A stretch of DNA of 64,000 nt, taken from contig JAVKDJ010000013.1 of assembly GCA_040222275.1 (NCBI GenBank), positions 176,504-240,503 of the forward strand. The letters are read 5' to 3'. Position 1 is the first letter of the stretch. Each line of letters starts with the position of its first letter. Origin of the DNA: Cyclobacteriaceae bacterium (GTDB lineage Bacteria > Bacteroidota > Bacteroidia > Cytophagales > Cyclobacteriaceae). The notes under the pieces are model-generated. The model saw only the letters and a list, made by a program, of their open reading frames with translations. It was not told the origin of the DNA and made no database searches. Positions 60,997-64,000 of the stretch are shown here, piece after piece. Both the position numbers and the translations under genes were made by a program.

Positions 60997-62058
60997 ATGA
61001 AAATCGTTTCTGCCGAATGCTGGTGTGAAAACCTGCGCCTGATGGAGCCTTATACCATCGCCTACGAATCCATTGATGAGGCCAGCAATGTATTTATAAA
61101 AATCAATACGGACCAGGGGCATATTGGCTGGGGCTGTGCTGCCCCAGATCTGGAAGTGACCGGCGAAACTGGCGAAACGGTGCTCAATGCTTTCAAAAAG
61201 GTAATAGAACCGTTTCTGACAGGAAGGGATCCTTTCCATTATGCCCGTATTTTAGAAGAACTTAAAAAACTCTTAAAAAATCAACCATCAGCCTTGGCGA
61301 TGGTGGACACCGCCCTGTTCGACCTGATCGGAAAAAAGGCCCAGGAGCCGGTGTACCGATTGCTCGGTGGCTATAGGGCAAGCATTCCCACAAGCGTGAC
61401 CATCGGGATACTTCCACTGGCGGAAACCCTGGAAAAAGCCCGCGACTTTATGGCCCAGGGGTTTACCATCCTCAAAGTAAAGGGGGGCAAAAGCATGGAA
61501 GAAGATGTGGAGCGTGTTATACGGTTGAGGGAAATGCTTGGCAAGGGCGTGGAATTGCGCTTTGATGCCAATCAGGGCTTCACGGTAGCCCAGTCCGTTG
61601 CGTTTATCGAGCAAACCAAACACATCCATATAGAATTGCTCGAACAACCCACACAAAAGGAAAATGCCGACCTGTTGAAGCAGGTAAGCAACCAGGTACC
61701 TGTACCTGTAATGGCAGACGAAAGCATCATGACATTGAAAGATGTATTTCACCTCACCCGCCACAATTGTACAGATATGATCAATATCAAACTGATGAAA
61801 GTCGGGGGGATTGCTGAGGCACTTCGGATCAATGCCGTGGCAATGGCTGCCAATGTGGAAACCATGGTGGGTTGCATGGACGAATCTGCCATGGGGATAG
61901 CCGCAGGTTTACATTTTGCATTGGCCCGTCCCAACATCCTATACGCAGACCTTGACGGGCATTTCGACCTCCTTGATGACCCCTTTGCTACAATGATCCG
62001 ATGTGAAAAGGGTGTACTCTACCCATCTGAGGCACCAGGGTTTGGGTGGAAAAAATAA
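60997..62058 (+). CDS. Enolase-superfamily dipeptide epimerase / DgcA-like racemase
   Basis: KVKGG, FDANQG, EQP, DES, NIKLMKVGG, DLDG. Confidence 0.9.
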   Translation: MKIVSAECWCENLRLMEPYTIAYESIDEASNVFIKINTDQGHIGWGCAAPDLEVTGETGETVLNAFKKVIEPFLTGRDPFHYARILEELKKLLKNQPSALAMVDTALFDLIGKKAQEPVYRLLGGYRASIPTSVTIGILPLAETLEKARDFMAQGFTILKVKGGKSMEEDVERVIRLREMLGKGVELRFDANQGFTVAQSVAFIEQTKHIHIELLEQPTQKENADLLKQVSNQVPVPVMADESIMTLKDVFHLTRHNCTDMINIKLMKVGGIAEALRINAVAMAANVETMVGCMDESAMGIAAGLHFALARPNILYADLDGHFDLLDDPFATMIRCEKGVLYPSEAPGFGWKK

Positions 62059-62151
62059 TCCGTATGAATTTTAATAAGTCCACATTTTAGGTTAGGTAAA
62101 ATTCACATACCTAAAAATAAGATAACAACCGTTTGCCATTAACGTTTCCCA

Positions 62152-62193
62152 CCTAACACCTAACACCTAACACCTAACACCTACCATCCAACA
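62152..62193. repeat. Heptamer tandem repeat (CCTAACA x4 + 2 degenerate)
   Basis: cctaaca cctaaca cctaaca cctaaca cctacca tccaaca. Confidence 0.85.
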
Positions 62194-62209
62194 ATATTTA
62201 AAATTTATA

Positions 62210-62235
62210 TGTGACCATTCCCAATTTTTCAGTCA
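62210..62235 (+). promoter_or_regulatory. ECF-type promoter motif
   Basis: TGTGACC-N15-GTCA. Confidence 0.55.
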
Positions 62236-62318
62236 AAAGCTAAACAACATTAATCCAAGGGAGTGGGCGCCATGTGTCGCGAGCCTGGCGCTGCTTAAAA
62301 AATTAAAACTAAACCATT

Positions 62319-63011
62319 ATGAAGCTGAAATTTGAAGTACATGTGCGCTCAGTTTTGGAAATTCAGGAGTTGCCGGATGCATGGACCAGCGAAGATTACA
62401 AAAACCTGCTCGAACTGGCCGACTTTGAAGACTGGGACGAAATAGACGAATCGGAGTTGAAGGATTATACTGTCATGGCCTTGCAGGACCTGGAAGAGGA
62501 GGAAGCCGCAACCATTGTGCTCGGCTATAAGTTTCAGGGCCGGCTCACTAAAGGGCAAATACAAAGCATAGTATATGACATGATGGAAGTAAACATCTGG
62601 GAAGAATACCAGAATATTGGCTTTCACCAGGATTTGTACAACTGTGCCGTGTTGCTTCGGTCGGTTTTTCCAAAGAAATTCCCAGAAACAGATGCAGTAA
62701 AATGTGTGGTGGCAGTTGATCCACTCGATCAGGCAGCAGAAAAGGCTTTGCTACAACCAGACAAAACCCTGCTTGTGCGGTTGCTGGCTGATGGTATGAC
62801 CGATCATGCCGTCATCAAGCGTTTGTTTGACGATCAACTGGCGGGAGGTGCTTTTCCTGAAGCCGAACATATTATATGGCATTTTGATAGTGAATTTCTG
62901 GGAAAGAAAGCGATTTTTACTATCTTTTCTTCATGGTATTGGCTAAGGCCATTGGACGAAGTATCAAACTATACATCTGGGGCAAACGCAAGCCCAACAA
63001 AAACAGGATAA
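62319..63011 (+). CDS. Conserved hypothetical acidic protein
   Basis: 230-aa ORF with normal codon usage; no family recognised. Confidence 0.65.
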   Translation: MKLKFEVHVRSVLEIQELPDAWTSEDYKNLLELADFEDWDEIDESELKDYTVMALQDLEEEEAATIVLGYKFQGRLTKGQIQSIVYDMMEVNIWEEYQNIGFHQDLYNCAVLLRSVFPKKFPETDAVKCVVAVDPLDQAAEKALLQPDKTLLVRLLADGMTDHAVIKRLFDDQLAGGAFPEAEHIIWHFDSEFLGKKAIFTIFSSWYWLRPLDEVSNYTSGANASPTKTG

Positions 63012-63036
63012 ATTGGAATTAGAACCGAGCTACGCA

Positions 63037-64000
63037 ATGGATGGATTTAAAATTGGCCTCACGGTCATTTTTATTATCCTGAATGGTTTTTTTGTAGCTG
63101 CAGAGTTTGCACTGGTAAAGATCAGCAAGAGCAAACTAAAGGTAATGATGAATGAGGGCAGGCCATTTGCCGTCACCGCCATGTGGCTTTTTAAAAGGCA
63201 AAACCTGGCCCTATCCGCTTGTCAGTTGGGTATTACCATGGCTTCCCTGGCACTTGGCTGGATAGGCGAGCCGGCCATTGCACATTTGATTACCCCAGTT
63301 ATTTATGATATGGGCATCACCTCTGAGGGGCTCATCCACGGTATTGCTTTCACCATCGCCTTTACCCTCATTACTGCATTTCATATCGTTATAGGTGAGC
63401 AGGTGCCCAAGATTTATGCCATTAGAAAACCAGGAATCGTGTTTTTGGGCTGTGCCTGGCTACTAAAAGGATTTTATGTGGTACTCTACCCATTTATGTA
63501 TGTACTCAATTCTATTACCAACGTTTTTTTGAAATGGCTGGGAATAGAAGATTCTGACGAGCACGACACACCGTTGACCGAAGAAGAAATCAGGGCTTCC
63601 CTGAGCATTGCCCACGCTAAAGGGGAACTATCCAAAAACGAGCATAAGCTGTTAAATGCCGTATTCAGGTTCGATGACGAAGTGGCACGACAGATCATGG
63701 AGCCGCGGAGCGAGGTGGAATACATGGACATCAACCGTTCATTCGCTGACAACCTCGAGTTCGCCAGGCAGTCCAAGCATACCAGGTTTCCCCTGTGCGA
63801 AGGCTCGTTGGACAAATTGCTGGGCGTAGTGCATATCAAGGACATCATTGGTTACGATGCAGACGATCATGTGGATTTGAGCACTTTTGTCCGTCAGCCG
63901 ATGCTCATTCCGGAAAACATCCTGATAGGCCGGCTGCTCCAGGAGTTTAGGCTGGCCAGGCAACATTTTGCCTTTGTGCAGGACGAGCATGGTACCATTC
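63037..64000 (+). CDS. CNNM/HlyC-CorC family (DUF21-CBS) protein, truncated by the window end
   Basis: NGFFVAAEFALV, CQLGITMASLALGWIGEP, GEQVPK, HTRFPLC, QDEHG; absent from the ORF track because no stop is in the window. Confidence 0.9.
   Translation, partial: MDGFKIGLTVIFIILNGFFVAAEFALVKISKSKLKVMMNEGRPFAVTAMWLFKRQNLALSACQLGITMASLALGWIGEPAIAHLITPVIYDMGITSEGLIHGIAFTIAFTLITAFHIVIGEQVPKIYAIRKPGIVFLGCAWLLKGFYVVLYPFMYVLNSITNVFLKWLGIEDSDEHDTPLTEEEIRASLSIAHAKGELSKNEHKLLNAVFRFDDEVARQIMEPRSEVEYMDINRSFADNLEFARQSKHTRFPLCEGSLDKLLGVVHIKDIIGYDADDHVDLSTFVRQPMLIPENILIGRLLQEFRLARQHFAFVQDEHGTI

Noticed and set aside
93-63990. Numerous antisense or nested ORFs of 60-270 aa in the ORF track (e.g. 9659..10354, 27218..27967, 30865..31680)
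   Set aside because: Shadows of well-supported genes on the opposite strand or frame, with no independent motifs
1-64000. rRNA, tRNA, riboswitches
   Set aside because: No recognisable cloverleaf, rRNA or known riboswitch signature found by eye

Overview
Bacteroidota (Cytophagales-like) chromosomal window. 1-6.4 kb: oxidoreductase, NRAMP-like transporter, YbjN-like protein and a TPR hybrid kinase. 6.9-22.2 kb: complete, typical Bacteroidota dcw cluster (mraZ-rsmH-ftsL-ftsI-murE-mraY-murD-ftsW-murG-murC-ftsQ-ftsA-ftsZ). 22.4-42.8 kb: a membrane LytTR module, then a hybrid two-component system followed by two tandem PSD1/PSCyt cytochrome-lipoprotein + DUF1501 pairs, an NHL propeller, glutathione-independent formaldehyde dehydrogenase, an SGNH hydrolase and a DUF2231-cytochrome c-LRR protein. 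43-49.7 kb: AT-rich accessory island of orphan RHS toxin/immunity modules. Both RHS remnants start at an identical 40-bp hairpin that belongs to the linker of a nearby 256-bp REP/BIME-like tandem array; the island also holds a ~360-bp long stem and a ParE-type TA pair. 49.8-64 kb: Cys-rich MarR operon, USP, soluble TCS, a MITE nested in a REP hairpin, and an ECF sigma with three matching promoter-like motifs. Downstream is an unusual operon: PLP enzyme, DgcN-like DUF1611, QueC/MurL-like-creatininase fusion, DgcA-like racemase. The best candidates for undescribed systems are (i) the repeat-delimited RHS cassette array, (ii) the ECF-controlled D-amino-acid/adenylation operon and (iii) the cytochrome/DUF1501/formaldehyde cluster. 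All family assignments come from motif recognition by eye, not database searches.
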